Shown here: positions 1 to 12,330 of the stretch, in pieces
Position numbering within the stretch: position 1 is the first letter of the stretch
Layout: the number at the start of each line of letters is the position of its first letter
Source of the DNA: Blepharisma stoltei ATCC 30299
Lineage: Eukaryota; Protista; Ciliophora
Assembly: GCA_965603825.1 (NCBI GenBank)
Contig: CBFDEM010000005.1
Coordinates: 744,001-808,000 of the forward strand
Direction of reading: 5' to 3'
Length of the DNA: 64,000 bases
Notes under the pieces: generated by a model
What the model was told of the DNA's origin: nothing
The model's input: only the letters and a program-made list of their open reading frames with translations
The model's database searches: none
Made by a program: the position numbers and the translations under genes

Positions 1-869
1 CTCTAAAACTCTATCTAGACTCAGAAAAAACAAAAGAATTAGCTCCTACAAGAGACGAAGACAAAAAATTAATAAAACAAAACATCAGCATGAGATGTAT
101 AACTCCCAGTCACTCTGAATGGGTAACCGTTAGCAGTGCAGAAGACAAAACTAGCCGATCTGAAGAGCCAAATAGCTACTCTTGTATTATTACTCCTATA
201 CAAAATCCTGCATCTATTTCTATCCCTCCAAAGGAAATTGCAATAAAAGTCATTTTCAGTGCTAAAGATAAATCACTTTATACTCAGGAAGCCACTGTAT
301 ATCTTCCATTTATATCAAAATTTGTCATCCCTACGTCAGATAAACAAGTTATCTTGTCAGGGAGGGTTACCAAACATGTGGTACAAATAGGTGGAAACTG
401 CCAGACGATACAGGCGAATTCTGATTTGTCGTTAATTACTGTTCAAAAGTCAGAAGTCAGCGGAAAATGCCAGCTGGAAATTGGGATTATGGGTGCGGAT
501 ACTGATATGAGGCAAAGGAAAGTGGAGGTTATTGATAGTGTCACAGGGCAAAAAGAAGATATTTATGTGACTTATTATGTGGAAGCTGGAAAAATTGATA
601 CTTCAGCGCCTTTTAGCTTGCATGATTTGCTAGTTATAGTGGCTTTAGCATTTTTAGTTTACATTCTTTATTATTTCTTCAAGAGTTCGCCACCTGGACA
701 TACACCGGTGAGGATCCCACAAGCTCAGTCTGGAATGCATCAGCCAAGAGCTCCACAAGCACATTTATTCCCACAGCCTATGAGGCAAACTCCAAATATA
801 TCTGCAGGACCTGCTTCATCACCTGGATCATCAGCTTATAAACAAACAGCGTATAGGCCAAACTATTAG
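1..869 (+). CDS. 3' part of a single-pass membrane protein, probably nucleoporin gp210/Nup210-like (5' end outside the window)
   Basis: The frame is open from nt 3 through the ORF-track ATG at 90 to TAG at 867-869. A beta-rich region ending ...IDSVTGQKEDIYVTY is followed by a TM helix (LLVIVALAFLVYILYYFF) and a P/S-rich tail with SP sites, resembling the gp210 C-terminus. Confidence 0.5.
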   Translation, partial: LKLYLDSEKTKELAPTRDEDKKLIKQNISMRCITPSHSEWVTVSSAEDKTSRSEEPNSYSCIITPIQNPASISIPPKEIAIKVIFSAKDKSLYTQEATVYLPFISKFVIPTSDKQVILSGRVTKHVVQIGGNCQTIQANSDLSLITVQKSEVSGKCQLEIGIMGADTDMRQRKVEVIDSVTGQKEDIYVTYYVEAGKIDTSAPFSLHDLLVIVALAFLVYILYYFFKSSPPGHTPVRIPQAQSGMHQPRAPQAHLFPQPMRQTPNISAGPASSPGSSAYKQTAYRPNY

Positions 870-1192
870 GTAAATTAGAATAAAATTTAATTCTTTGGTA
901 ATAATCTTGGCTTCTAAAATTTTTTATAATTTTATAGGATTATAAAGCGATAAAAATTTAAAATTATTTTTACTTTAAACAAAAAAGCCAAAAAAATCTT
1001 TTCTTGATAATTCTAAAATAATAAGTTTTCAATAGGGTTTTTGCATTATAAAGTATTGATATGCTTAGAAATTCTAAATTATCTAAAACATGTGATGATT
1101 TAAGTATATTTTGGTTTTCAGACACTATGCGTTTTTTATGATAAAAAGCTTATCCATATTAATTTAAAACTGGCAATAAAAATTAAAATTAA

Positions 1193-1912
1193 ATGATATA
1201 TGAAAATCTAGATTTATCTAGGTGCTTTCCAGCAGCTATGGAAGCGTTTGTGTATTCAAATTCAGCTTCTATGAATTTCGCGCCAAATCTTTTTCCTTTT
1301 TACTATGTCAATCCAATGTTTAACCAGTCTTCTACATTCCCACAAGCAGTTTCACCAATAATATCAGAGAACCAGAACGTAGATATTATTGAAAACCCAG
1401 AAGAAAAACTCCCAGATCCAAGAACTTTATTAGCAAGAAGAAGGCTCAACAGGTCCTTGAAAAATAAGAGGTGAACATTTGAAGAAGATACACAGCTGAT
1501 AGGCCTAATAAAAACCTATTCTTTAGATTGATATAAAATTTCTGCAAAAATGAAAGATCGAGCTCCAGATGCTTTAAAAAACAGATTTTATGGAGTATTA
1601 AAAAAGAACTTACCAGCTCAATTAATTAAAGAGTTGGATTATTCGATTAGGACTACAAGGCAGATAAAGAAAGATTCTAATATAAAACCTTATATTGCTG
1701 ATGAATGAGCAGAAGAAACAAACACAAAAATAATAGAAAGTAGCATAAAAGAATTAGAAGCAGATTTACAGCATTCCGAAGCGTTGCCAAAAAATGAAAA
1801 AAAAATTCTTTTAGAAAAACTCAAAGGAAATATGGATAAATTAGAAGAGCATTTGAGCCTTGTAAGAAATCAGATCATTACATTAAGCACAAAATCGCTT
1901 GCTAGTAATTAA
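1193..1912 (+). CDS. Myb/SANT-domain transcription factor (single repeat), read through TGA=Trp
   Basis: KR-W(TGA 1472)-TFEEDTQLIGLIKTYSLD-W(TGA 1529)-YKISAKMKDRAPDALKNRFY is a Myb repeat. The frame stays open to TAA 1910-1912. Confidence 0.85.
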
Positions 1913-2250
1913 TATAACGAAAAAATAATATTAAAAATCAAAAAAATAAATATTCTTATATTATTTTATTTATCTATAATTAAAATATATAAATTGTTAA
2001 ACAAAAATCAATAATTGCTATCTTAATTATACTTTTTTATCATTCTCATAATTAATTATTCATTTTATCAAGATGAAATTTAAGTCTTAATTCAAGGCAA
2101 AATTATTCATAATTCCTACATCTATAAAGTGTTATTATACAAATTTCTCATATAATTAGCCACCTTAAATGAAATTTCAAGGCAAATTTAAACTTTGATA
2201 ACTATTAAGGCTGCATATTCATTAATTCCATTGAGATTTATCATTTCTAA

Positions 2251-3066
2251 ATGCATAAGTTTCACAAGCCTTCAAGAAGCTCCGAATCTCTTCCTTTTAT
2301 AAAAGTCTCACAGCCTCACGGGAACAATTTGAACGTCGCGCTTCGGGTTTCTCGATTTTCAAACTATGTATTCATGCAGTCTCAATCAATTAAAATAAAA
2401 AAACGATTGCCTCATCAGCCGAAATTTGACTTCTCAGCAACTCCACAGCAAAGGCTGGGGAATTATTTCGTCAATATTAATACAGATACTGCAGAGAATG
2501 ACAATATTTTATCTAATCATTTAAATATCACAGCTTATTCAGAAATAGAAACTCCAAGCGAATTGAATAAATCACCATCATTTATATTAAGAAATAGCGA
2601 AAGCCCTAATCGCTTTAAAAAATGCATAGAAATTGACTCAGTTTCTGGGCAGACCCGACAAAAATCCATCACGAATTTAGTAATGCCAGCAATAAAAAAT
2701 CCTTCAAATAGCTCAATTTTAGATAAGAAAAATATGAAAAAAACCAAAGCAACTCCATTTTTGAATGTTTCTCAAATGACACTATCCTATCAAAAAAGCC
2801 CGAAAAAAGAAAGAAACGAGGAAAGCCCTATAAGATTAAGAAGAAAACTTATAGTTGAAGACCCAGAATATTTATCTTTTGATAATTCGCTGATTGATAA
2901 TAAGAAGAAAACATTTCCCTTAGACTCTATATCAATCAAGAAGAAATTAGCAATAAAGAAAAGTAAAGCCAATGATGAAAAAAGGGTAAAAAAGAAAAAT
3001 TCGCTTAGTTCTTGGGATGCACTGACAAATAGACTATCTTCTGCAAGCAACTTTATTCTTGCTTAA
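2251..3066 (+). CDS. Hypothetical basic, Ser/Lys-rich protein
   Basis: 271-aa ATG-TAA ORF flanked by AT-rich DNA. No recognisable domain. Confidence 0.65.
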   Translation: MHKFHKPSRSSESLPFIKVSQPHGNNLNVALRVSRFSNYVFMQSQSIKIKKRLPHQPKFDFSATPQQRLGNYFVNINTDTAENDNILSNHLNITAYSEIETPSELNKSPSFILRNSESPNRFKKCIEIDSVSGQTRQKSITNLVMPAIKNPSNSSILDKKNMKKTKATPFLNVSQMTLSYQKSPKKERNEESPIRLRRKLIVEDPEYLSFDNSLIDNKKKTFPLDSISIKKKLAIKKSKANDEKRVKKKNSLSSWDALTNRLSSASNFILA

Positions 3067-3172
3067 TTTTAAAATAACATAAATGGCTTATATTATTTTA
3101 TATAGATTAAAATTAATATTTTATTTATTTTCCACTAAAAAGCATCAATTTATTAGAGTTTTTACAATTAAA

Positions 3173-4270
3173 TTACATTATCTTAGGCTCCACACTAATC
3201 CTTTCATTTATATGAGAAAAATTGCTTTGAATTTCAATTTCAGAGTCACCTTTTCCATGCATAGGCTTCAGCTTATAAGCTTCATGGCTTGGAACAATAT
3301 TTATGTAAAACATATCTTCAGCTTCAGGCCCTGTATAGTTAAAATGAGGTGGTGTATTAGATTTGCATAGCGAAGCTACTACATTTGCAAAGCAAGATTC
3401 ACGATATGGATTTTTATACGGAACTTTTCATGTATTTTTAAGCTGCTCACTTGACGTTTGGTTTGTAAATAACAAATACATATGAAAGCCACAGAGCCCA
3501 AGCAAAAATCACATTTCCTACATATAAAATACTAAAAAACTATACGCTGCTAGAAAAGTTGAAACAGCCCCATCTCTGAGCGCTTCTGAAACAGCTTGGG
3601 CTTGATCAGATTTACCATCATAATCTTTTATCAGCAATAATAAATGCAAAAGTGATCCTACAAAATTGATGACTACAAGAATAGAAGTACTTGTCAAAAA
3701 AATTATGAAATATTTATAATTCCTTTTGCCTACACAGTTTCCTATCCAAGGACAATGATGGTCAAATTTTTCTACACACACATTGCATTCAGAGCAATGT
3801 GAGCATCTTGGTGGTCTTACTATCATACAAGTTTGGCAATATTTTAGCTTCATCAAATTACTCCCATGTGGAACTTGTGCAAATTTATGCTCAATTGGTG
3901 AAAACACAGCTTTATTTGTAGCGATATGATAAGGAATCGTATAAGTTCTTGCAGGTCCTTTAGAAAATGGAGGTTCCTGGCGAGGTAAAAATCCAGGATC
4001 AGTTGTAGATGTTATAAACATATAAGAAATGCTTATAAGCTGGAAAATTAGCGATAAAGGAAGAAAAAATGACAGTCCTTCATATTCTAAAAGTTTTACA
4101 CATGTAGTAGTCAAAAATAAAGTTGCAGGGACATTAATCAATACAAAAGAAATTCACGCTCTTCAATAATCAGGCCTACCTTAAAATCACCCCATAATTA
4201 TCCTTCCTTTGCAAAAGAATTTGTTATCCCCTGGTCACTGATGATAAGCTTTTCTCTGTGTTTTCTTCAT
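3173..4270 (-). CDS. DHHC palmitoyltransferase (Erf2/ZDHHC9-like), two 15-nt introns
   Basis: The N-terminus YHQ-W(TGA)[15 protein letters not shown]|PD is restored by intron 4176-4190. Contains C-x2-C...[34 protein letters not shown]. Intron 3518-3532 restores ...[22 protein letters not shown] at 3173-3175. Confidence 0.92.
3518..3532 (-). other. 15-nt intron GTATTTTATATGTAG
   Basis: Removes an in-frame TAG and restores the fourth DHHC TM helix and the downstream NQTxxE motif. Confidence 0.88.
4176..4190 (-). other. 15-nt spliceosomal intron GTGATTTTAAGGTAG
   Basis: Removal restores the conserved GRxxxGPD motif. Contains an in-frame TAA. Confidence 0.9.
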
Positions 4271-4315
4271 ATCCTTTATTATTTAATTCTAGACTTATTA
4301 TTTTCCAATTATTAT

Positions 4316-7300
4316 TTAGCTAATCGATGTATGAAGCCTTGGCGCAATATGCATTGCCATAAGCTCTTGGAACAACAACTTGCAGGCGTAAGGGATGAAT
4401 ATTTGTGAAATCCTGGTATTTTTATTTTTACATTGCTTGCATTGGAACATATTTCTATCTAAATTGGCAATGGCAAAAAGCCCACAGTTTTCACAGACGT
4501 GGACTCTATAAGCGTCACTGGCTTCAAATAGTCTTTCTTTTAGAAATCTAGCAGCACCATGAGAAATCATGCAATCCCTTTCCATTTCTCCGAACCTTAG
4601 GCCACCATCTCTGGATCTTCCTTCTGTTGGCTGCCTTGTAAGAGACTGTACTTGGCCTCTGGCTCTTGAGTGGATTTTGTCGTCGACCATATGTTTAAGT
4701 CTTTGATAATAAGTAGGCCCAAAGAAGATCTGAGAAGCCAGCCTATTTCCAGTGTGGCCGTTATACATTACTTCATTTCCACGTAGTTGGTATCCTAAAG
4801 CATGCAAATCTCTTGATATGTCTTCTACGGTCACACTTTGGAATGGAGTACCATCACCTTCTTCACCTCTTAGACAGGCGACTTTGCTAGCTAAGCATTC
4901 AATTAAATGGCCAATTGTCATACGGGATGGAATTGCATGAGGGTTAACTATAATGTCAGGAGAAATCCCTTGTTTAGAGAACGGTAAGTCTTCTTGTCTA
5001 AAGGTTTGACCAATTGTCCCTTTTTGGCCGTGACGACTTGCGAATTTGTCACCAATTTGTGGGATTCTGATAGATCTCATTTTAATTTTGGCAAATTTGT
5101 GGCCAAGGTCGTCGACAGTTAACAGTACAGAATCAATGATACCGCTTTCACTATGCCTTAAACAGATAGAAACGTCTTTTCTTGTCTGTCTATTTGTAGC
5201 GCCAAAAGCGTTTAAAGCAGCTGTTTTTCCAATAATGACATCGTCGCCTGATACTCTTTGTCCAGGAATGATAAGGCCATCTACATCTAATTTATCATAG
5301 CAGCCGTCACGTGTTCCTACTGTAGTTTCTTTGGCAGGGATATGGAATTCTTCATCAGCCCCTCCAATGGTTTTGGCTTGGTTTTCATAAGTTCTGTAAA
5401 AAATTGACCTGAAAAATCCTCTGTCAATTGAGGACTGATTCATAATGACGGAATCTTCTTGGTTGTACCCTGTATAACAGGCAATTGCGACGACTGCATT
5501 GCAGCCACTAGGAAGCTCTTTGAAATACATGAATTCCATAGCACGGGTCATGACTAAAGGCTTTTGGGCATAGTAAAGGACATGTGCCAAAGTGTCCATT
5601 CTCAGCTGATAGTTGCTTGTATAGATACCCATAGCTTGTTTACCCATAGCACTTTGATAGGTATTTCTAGGACTTTGGTTGTGGTCTGGGAATGGGATAA
5701 TTGAGGCGCAGACTCCTAAAATCATAGAAGGGTGGATTTCACAATGTGTATAATGGTACTTATTCCCTCCTTCATTTAATTCTTTCATAGTCATCGCAAT
5801 CAGCGAAGTCTCCTCTTCTTCTGTATCCAAAAACTCAATCAACCCCAGTTCTGTACATTTATCAAAGCTCAAATGGTCTGGTCTTTCTCTCGGCAGCTTC
5901 ATTTGTTCTATATAATATCTTGACATTTTAATCTTATTATTTTCTGCAATAAAAACTGGTCTTTGGATTCTTCCAGAGTCTGAGTAGATTCTGATTTCTT
6001 TATTAGGGATATCTCTGACTATAGAAACTTGTTTAGGCAGCATCCCACCTCTTCTGCAGTTTACCAAGGTTTTTACTAGATATTCAGCATCTCCATGAAT
6101 CCCAATCCAGCTTCCGTTAAAGAATACTTTGGTTCTGTCATGGATATTTTTGACGCTGAGCTCCACAAGGTTTTCTGTATTCAGCTCTTCAAGCATTCTT
6201 TGTAACTGTGAAGAGTTGCATGAGACTGAAATATGGGCCATCAAGGTCAGATTTTTCACAAGACCACAAGCTTGGCCTTCTGGGGTCTCTGCAGGACAGA
6301 TCATGCCCCAATGGGTGTTGTGAAGCTGTCTTGGCTTGGTAAGTTTGCCTTGCTTTTGCAAAGGGGTGTTAAGTCTTCTTAAATGAGACAATGAAGAAGA
6401 AAAAGTAAGCCTTGATAAGACTTGGCTGACACCAGTCTTGGAGACTGCTCCTGTCTTGTCCTGCATCCAGTTTCCAGTTGCCAAGGCGTATCTTAAGCCA
6501 CTAGTAATGATATGTTCTTTTACAGCAGCTACCAAGTTAATATCATGCTGAGAATCTACTTGTTTTTTCATGACTTCTTGAGCTGTCTTTGTGAACCTTC
6601 TAAAAAGCTGCCTGAATAAATTAGCAAGCAGCGACCCAGCCAGGTCCAGTCTTTTTTTCCCATAGTGATCTCTGTCATCTTCTTTATTTCTCCCTAATGC
6701 TGCATTGCAGAGCCTATGGACCATATATCCGACGAAAAATGCTTTTTTGGTTTCATATTCTGCTGAGACGCTGACGTGTGGCAGCATTTCTTTTTGTAGC
6801 AGATCTTTAGCGTATATAATTCTTTGCTCTTGAGACGCTCCTACAGAGTTTCCTCTTCTTCCTATAAAATCTAAGGCTACTTCTTGTGAAGGGATCACAA
6901 AGGCTTCTTCCAGTGACGGCTTCAGTAGCTCCATCATCCTGACGTCAGCAGCATCGTAACAAATATGACTAATAATGTCTTTGTCAGCCACAAAACCCAT
7001 AGCTCTGAACAAAATAACCACTGGCACATCAGATTTTATATATGGTAAATTAGCCCTTATGACTTGCTCATGCGAGGATTTCACCTTGTGTGTCAGCCTA
7101 ATAGAAAATTGTGACGGTACTTTATTGCTTGACTCATTCTGCGACCTAATTTCCGCGACCCACGAGTACTTCGACGGCTGTGACCTATGAAAAACATATA
7201 CAAAGTTATTGGCCATTTTTTCTTGCGCAACCAAGACCTTCTCTTTCCCATTGATAATGAAGTACCCTCCTTGGTCAAAGACACACTCTTTATAGGTGAT

Positions 7301-7789
7301 CCTTTCTTTTTCTGTCTTATTGCTTAACGCGCAATAGTTAGACCTGACCATAATAGGGATTCTGCCAATGAAGACTCCTTTTTGCTCTTCTTCGCCTTCT
7401 ACGTGCTCGCCTCGGCCTTCATAGTTGACGATTGACTGCTTTTGGACGTCGACCAAGAGGTTAGAAGCGTATGTCAGATTGCGGAGACGAGCCTCATGAG
7501 GAAAGATCAGGTTGGAGCTCCCGTCTTGTTCTTTAAGGACAGGCCTTGCACCGAGGGTTGCTTGTTTGAAGCTTATGACGTAACGAAGTTCTTGCTGCTG
7601 TCGCTCACCTGGGCGGTATTGACGCTCGGGAATGATGGTGATTTCGGCAGAGTCCTCGATTATTTCTTGGATTGTGTGGAGGATAAAGTGGTTGAAGGAG
7701 GATAGCTGCTGCGAGACCAAGCCGTTTTCTTTGAAGTATTCAGATATCACAACCCACGCGTCTTCTTGAGAGATCTCTTCGTCTTCCAT
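4316..7789 (-). CDS. RPB2: RNA polymerase II second-largest subunit
   Basis: 1157-aa ORF with hallmark motifs [64 protein letters not shown] and the C-terminal Zn site. Confidence 0.98.
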   Translation of the reverse strand: MEDEEISQEDAWVVISEYFKENGLVSQQLSSFNHFILHTIQEIIEDSAEITIIPERQYRPGERQQQELRYVISFKQATLGARPVLKEQDGSSNLIFPHEARLRNLTYASNLLVDVQKQSIVNYEGRGEHVEGEEEQKGVFIGRIPIMVRSNYCALSNKTEKERITYKECVFDQGGYFIINGKEKVLVAQEKMANNFVYVFHRSQPSKYSWVAEIRSQNESSNKVPSQFSIRLTHKVKSSHEQVIRANLPYIKSDVPVVILFRAMGFVADKDIISHICYDAADVRMMELLKPSLEEAFVIPSQEVALDFIGRRGNSVGASQEQRIIYAKDLLQKEMLPHVSVSAEYETKKAFFVGYMVHRLCNAALGRNKEDDRDHYGKKRLDLAGSLLANLFRQLFRRFTKTAQEVMKKQVDSQHDINLVAAVKEHIITSGLRYALATGNWMQDKTGAVSKTGVSQVLSRLTFSSSLSHLRRLNTPLQKQGKLTKPRQLHNTHWGMICPAETPEGQACGLVKNLTLMAHISVSCNSSQLQRMLEELNTENLVELSVKNIHDRTKVFFNGSWIGIHGDAEYLVKTLVNCRRGGMLPKQVSIVRDIPNKEIRIYSDSGRIQRPVFIAENNKIKMSRYYIEQMKLPRERPDHLSFDKCTELGLIEFLDTEEEETSLIAMTMKELNEGGNKYHYTHCEIHPSMILGVCASIIPFPDHNQSPRNTYQSAMGKQAMGIYTSNYQLRMDTLAHVLYYAQKPLVMTRAMEFMYFKELPSGCNAVVAIACYTGYNQEDSVIMNQSSIDRGFFRSIFYRTYENQAKTIGGADEEFHIPAKETTVGTRDGCYDKLDVDGLIIPGQRVSGDDVIIGKTAALNAFGATNRQTRKDVSICLRHSESGIIDSVLLTVDDLGHKFAKIKMRSIRIPQIGDKFASRHGQKGTIGQTFRQEDLPFSKQGISPDIIVNPHAIPSRMTIGHLIECLASKVACLRGEEGDGTPFQSVTVEDISRDLHALGYQLRGNEVMYNGHTGNRLASQIFFGPTYYQRLKHMVDDKIHSRARGQVQSLTRQPTEGRSRDGGLRFGEMERDCMISHGAARFLKERLFEASDAYRVHVCENCGLFAIANLDRNMFQCKQCKNKNTRISQIFIPYACKLLFQELMAMHIAPRLHTSIS

Positions 7790-8105
7790 TTTTTATTAAC
7801 AAACACTCTTCGCTGAGATATAGTAATTTGGGGAATCCCCTTAGATAATTTATTAAGAAAAGTGTAAGGTGCTTATAAAGATTCAATAGCTTGAGACATA
7901 TGAATTATCTCTATTAGAATGTTTCATAAGCTTTAAGATTTTTGGAATCTCCCTGACTTATAGCGAGGCAAAATCAATAAAATTTATAATCGTTTATAGG
8001 ATAAAAACGAGATATTAAAAAACACAGTGATAGAATCTATTTATATACAATAATTTATTCTTTAAATTAAAGATGTGGATAATCATACATTTATAAACAA
8101 AAAAA

Positions 8106-9179
8106 TTATTGAGGATCATTGTAGTATGTTTTAGTGCCACTTCTTCTATAAAAAGGCCCCTGCTGGCTTTCTTCTGATTGATCTTGCTTCTTTCTTTGCG
8201 CCCTAGCAGCTCCAGGCACATCCGGACTATTAAGAATCGAAGATTTCCCTGGACCGAGCCCACTTTGCCCTCCTTTACTTCCTTTACCTCCAGGACTTCC
8301 AAATCCTCCAATGCTCATATTGCCTCCTGCTGTCTCAGTTTTGTTCTGGCTCATTGAAAAATTCCCATTTCTCATACTTTCATTATTAAAAAAAATGGGC
8401 ACGTTTTCAAAGCTCTTCGTTATTTCTGGTTTTTCCATCATAAAAGTGCTAAGTTCATGGCCTTCAACCCTTTCTCTTTCCCTCGTCACTTCTTCTTCAT
8501 TCTGCCTTTCAATTAAAAACTCCAACTCATTTACTGCTTCCTTCATAATCGCCCTCTGCAAAAATACCCCAAAAGCTTCTTCTAGGGCGATTTCATTTAG
8601 CCTATCTTTTTCGCTTTCTACACAATCTACAATTAAATCCATAATATGCTCATATATAACAGTCTCCAAGCAGTCTTCAAAGAACTGTTCCATTCCAAGC
8701 TCCCATCCAGCCTCACTAATAATTTCTTCACAATAAATCGGCACAAAAACATTCCTTATGAGCCCAATTACATTGGCTTCATACATATAATCTTCAGCTT
8801 CTTCTTTAATTACTTCTTTAGCTAAAGGCTCGATCATCATATCAATTGTTTTTTCTGTCAAAGAATTGGTAACGAGCACTAAAGGGTCAAAGGTTCCGGC
8901 AACGATTTTTTCTTCGACGCGGTTTCGAAGATAGTCATTAACGATATATTTAGTAGTTTCTTTAACAACTTCTTGACAAGCGTTGTTTATTAAGGAAGAT
9001 TCGATTCAGTCAGATAGCATAACTAGAAGTCGGTGGTTGGGGGAATAAAGGCTGTAGTCTCTGTAGGCTTTATTTGTGTTAATTATTTCGTAGATTATGT
9101 CTAGGAGAGCATTGTCTTCGATGTAGTCTTGAATTAATTTGTCAATTAAGTCGTAAATATCTCTGTCATTTAATGACAT
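8106..9179 (-). CDS. Hypothetical helical/acidic protein
   Basis: The ORF-track frame extends upstream through one TGA to ATG at 9179 (MSLNDRDIYDLIDK...), giving 357 aa. Confidence 0.7.
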
Positions 9180-9334
9180 TGAGGTTTAGTTTATAAAATA
9201 ATTACTTTTAAGATTTTAGGAGTCGGAAAATAGAAGGTTTTGAAGGTTAATATATTCATGCTTTCAGGAAGGCTTTGCTTATAAGATGCATTATAAATAT
9301 ATACATTTTGGTAAATTCAAATTAGGATTTTATT

Positions 9335-11299
9335 TTACACTAAATGTTCTAAGCACTTTCTTCTGTTTTCATTGTCTTCAAAAATTGCACATACCAGATG
9401 TTTCACCTCGTTTACAGAGAATTTTCCTTTAAATCTGCTTTGTTCATGAAAAACAACAATCGATGCTAGATCTGTATCAAGTAAATCCAACAAAAGCACC
9501 AGTCTTTCCCACTGCTGTGAGAATTGAACAGGTGACTCCCCTAAAAATACATCCTTTAATTCAAATACTTTCCATAGCAGCTGCTTTAAAGGTGGCGTAT
9601 CTTCCATCACTATATCTTCTAACTTCATAGCCAGAGGCACCAAATACCCTATCAGCGCATCTACCATATTCCCTGTGCTTTTAAAATAATCCCTCTTACT
9701 AAGTACTTCTCTTCACACCCCACAGCACTCATGTATTACTGCAATCGACGCATTTAAAACCCTTTCCATTTCTGAATAATTGGCTTCAATTTTATGAAAT
9801 TGCAGTTTTCTCACAAAATTTAGCATTTTTTCTCTATAAAAGTCTTTCATTTGGAAAAAGACTTGATTTGCTTCAGATTGGAAAATAGGGATCAAGTCAG
9901 CTAAATAAATGGCATATTGAAGGTTAGGAGGCAAATGGTGAGAATAATGAGCGGGGATTAGTATTAAATGGTGGATTAGATAGAGACAGTTATTGTAAAA
10001 TAGGCAAGCTGGTAGAAGTTGTGTGGATTTTGAAGAAATTGTGGAGTACTTTAAAGCTTTGTAGAGCATAAAGCATTCTCGAGCTAGTCGGAGGGATTTT
10101 AATAAGTCTGATTCAGGGAGGATTAGAGAATCGTCTAAAATCTTGTAAATTATTTCTACGATTTTTTTTGTGCTTTCAGAAATATGCATTGTAGGGAGCT
10201 TGTAAAAATGGGTATCAGTCTTCTTTTTGTCAGAAGTTATCATGATGGAACTAATGGTTCCTCTTTCAGTTGCATCAGAAATTTCTAAGATTCTTATATC
10301 TTCAATTAATATAAGCTCCCTGACCTTTCCCATAACTTGGGTTTGTGTATATTTTGCCTTTATGGCTTTTCATCCTTGTACAATATTTGATAATTCTTTA
10401 TATGATTTATCAACAATTTTGTATTCTGAAATTGTTGCTTCAAAATCTTTGATTATTTCATATATTTCTTGATAACTTTGGCTAGGATCATCAAGCTCTT
10501 GTATAGTTTCTTCTATTTTTGGCTTCAAAAGTCAGATTAAGTCAATGAATTTCAATACATCAATTGAAAATTCATTTATTTTCAAATTTTTGCACAGAAA
10601 AAGTAAAAACTCTTTTAGGTTGTTTAGGAGTAAAAATAAAGGGCTTATTTTGCTTGATTCTTTACTACTCAGTTTTACCCCATTATTAGCAATATTTTCA
10701 GCAATTAAATGGTCTTGTCTCTTACACAAATCAATTCCTCAGTTAATTAGAAAACTCATCTTTTCTTCGATATATCCTAACTCAATCAAATTTTGGATAA
10801 TTTCTTCAGTCCTTATGCATTTTTCACCTTTATTAAACTGTGAAAACACAGTTATAGAGTCTTTCTGGTATTTAACTAGCTCAGCTCATACATCTTCTAC
10901 CGCTGCTTTTAGCCGTCCTTGCCAATTTATTATTTTTTCTGCTATTCTTTGCATAAGCTCTGGATCTGGTTCTCTAACACACTTAATTTTTTCTTTAGCT
11001 TTGTTAAAGATCACAATAGCATCAGAAATCGATCCTTTAAGCACTGTAGGAAAACTCTCAATAGCAGAATGAATATTTGCTAAAATTTTGCATAAATTCA
11101 AATCTTTTCATGGTTTAAAATCGTCACCCAAATTTAATTCCAGCATTTTCAATTCAATCTCAGCAATTTGGTTCTCAATTTCATTTATACTAGTCTCGCT
11201 CTGCAAAAACTCCGGCTTTCTCGGGTCTGTAATTTCTATCAAATTTTGTTTTTGCAGATCTACGTCTATTACAAGTTTGTTCAATTCGGCGGGATCCAT
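9335..11299 (-). CDS. ZW10: ZW10/Dsl1-family kinetochore and ER-tethering protein
   Basis: Five ORF-track fragments lie in one frame, separated only by six TGA codons. Contains LFYNNCLYLIHHL, GV-W(TGA)-REVL..DYFKSTG and the C-terminal FSVNEVKHLVCAIFEDNENRRKCL typical of ZW10. Confidence 0.85.
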
Positions 11300-11334
11300 T
11301 TTGATAATAAACTTACCCTAATTAATTACACTTA

Positions 11335-12106
11335 CTACAATGAAAGTGGCTCCCCATTCCTCAGCGCCGCCAGATCCTGCACTTTTTTATCTTTATCACT
11401 CTCAGTTACTACATACAAATTACAAACAATATACGGAAGCCTCTCATGTACAATTGCTTGTAGCGCATTTTGGATATTATAATTCTTGATATGAAGAATT
11501 TTGCAAGCGTCTTGCTCGTTAAACGGTATAAGAGATTTAAGATACGAGCGCTCCCAAAGCTGCCCAGCCTGACGTAAATAGTCGTCTACTGCGGTGACTG
11601 ACAATCTATGACAGTCCCAGATTTTTTGGCACTTTGAGCTTGGAATTGATATTTCTCCAAACGCAGGGAGGGAGGACTGGAATTGAGTCCCTATCCTTGT
11701 AATTGACCCTGACTCTGGGTCTTCCTCTTCTTCTTCACTGCTGGGGTTCATAAAGTCTGTTATTTGTCGTAGCTGGGGTACTGGGTCAATATATTCTCTC
11801 TTAGGAAGCGCAAATTGTTCTTTTTGTTCCTTTAGGACGTGCAGAGCTTCATTGAGTTTTTCTTTGGTCCAGTTCTCAGCTTTGGCTTTGTCTCGTAACT
11901 TAATCTCTTTTTGACATGGTGGACAAAACCACGTCTCTTCGTCAACGTCTCTTTGGATACCTAAGCACTGGTTAGCGTACGTTAAAGTGGTAGGACGAGG
12001 GACAACGGTCACAGCAGATGAGGTCGCCACGTTTCCCACAAATCTTGCAAGTGTCATCATTTTTGACTTCTGCCATATTTTGTATATGTGTGACATTCTC
12101 AATCAT
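11335..12106 (-). CDS. PHD-finger + ELM2-domain chromatin protein; one apparent 13-nt intron
   Basis: Exon 1 (ATG 12106 or 12076) [27 protein letters not shown] joined to exon 2 CLG...WFCPPC gives a complete C4HC3 PHD. ELM2-like [12 protein letters not shown]...KIWD...VDDYL...[17 protein letters not shown] follows. Confidence 0.85.
11968..11980 (-). other. Candidate 13-nt intron GTACGCTAACCAG
   Basis: This is the only GT-AG excision that joins the two PHD halves in frame with H-x2-C spacing. Confidence 0.7.
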
Positions 12107-12330
12107 TAATTTAAATCACAGAAAGCCAAATCAATTAATAAGCTCTTATAAAAAAAATTGAAGTAAAGTTTAGCGGATTATCAGATAAATAATAAAAAAT
12201 AATCATTTTTTATAGAATATTTAAATTTACTTGTCATTAGAACGCTCTATGAAAGCGCTGATGCTATTACTGATTATTAGTTTTTCATTAAAAATTCTTT
12301 TCCTGATTCAATTTCCTGGAAGTTATTTAA

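Noticed and set aside
2070-2190. Short direct repeat TTCAAGGCAAA occurring twice upstream of the gene at 2251
   Set aside because: Two 11-nt copies in AT-rich DNA are not enough to call a regulatory element or mobile-element end.
4752-7705. Antisense and nested ORFs within RPB2, and similar ones opposite other long genes
   Set aside because: These are shadow ORFs of the coding strand, often with non-ATG starts and no motifs.
9335-11299. Apparent pseudogenes or split genes (ZW10, Ariadne, K+ channel, SPAG16, DEAH and others) in the ORF track
   Set aside because: The fragments are in one frame and separated only by TGA at conserved Trp positions or by 15-nt introns, so the genes are intact.
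11968-11980. Euplotes-style +1 ribosomal frameshift at CGC-TAA instead of splicing
   Set aside because: It would insert four residues between the PHD His and Cys ligands and lacks the AAA-TAR context. It is disfavoured but not formally excluded.
11335-12102. Track N-terminus MRMSHIY...TLTYANQ for the ELM2 protein
   Set aside because: It starts at a TTG and has no motif. The alternative frame from ATG 12106 encodes the first half of a perfect PHD finger.
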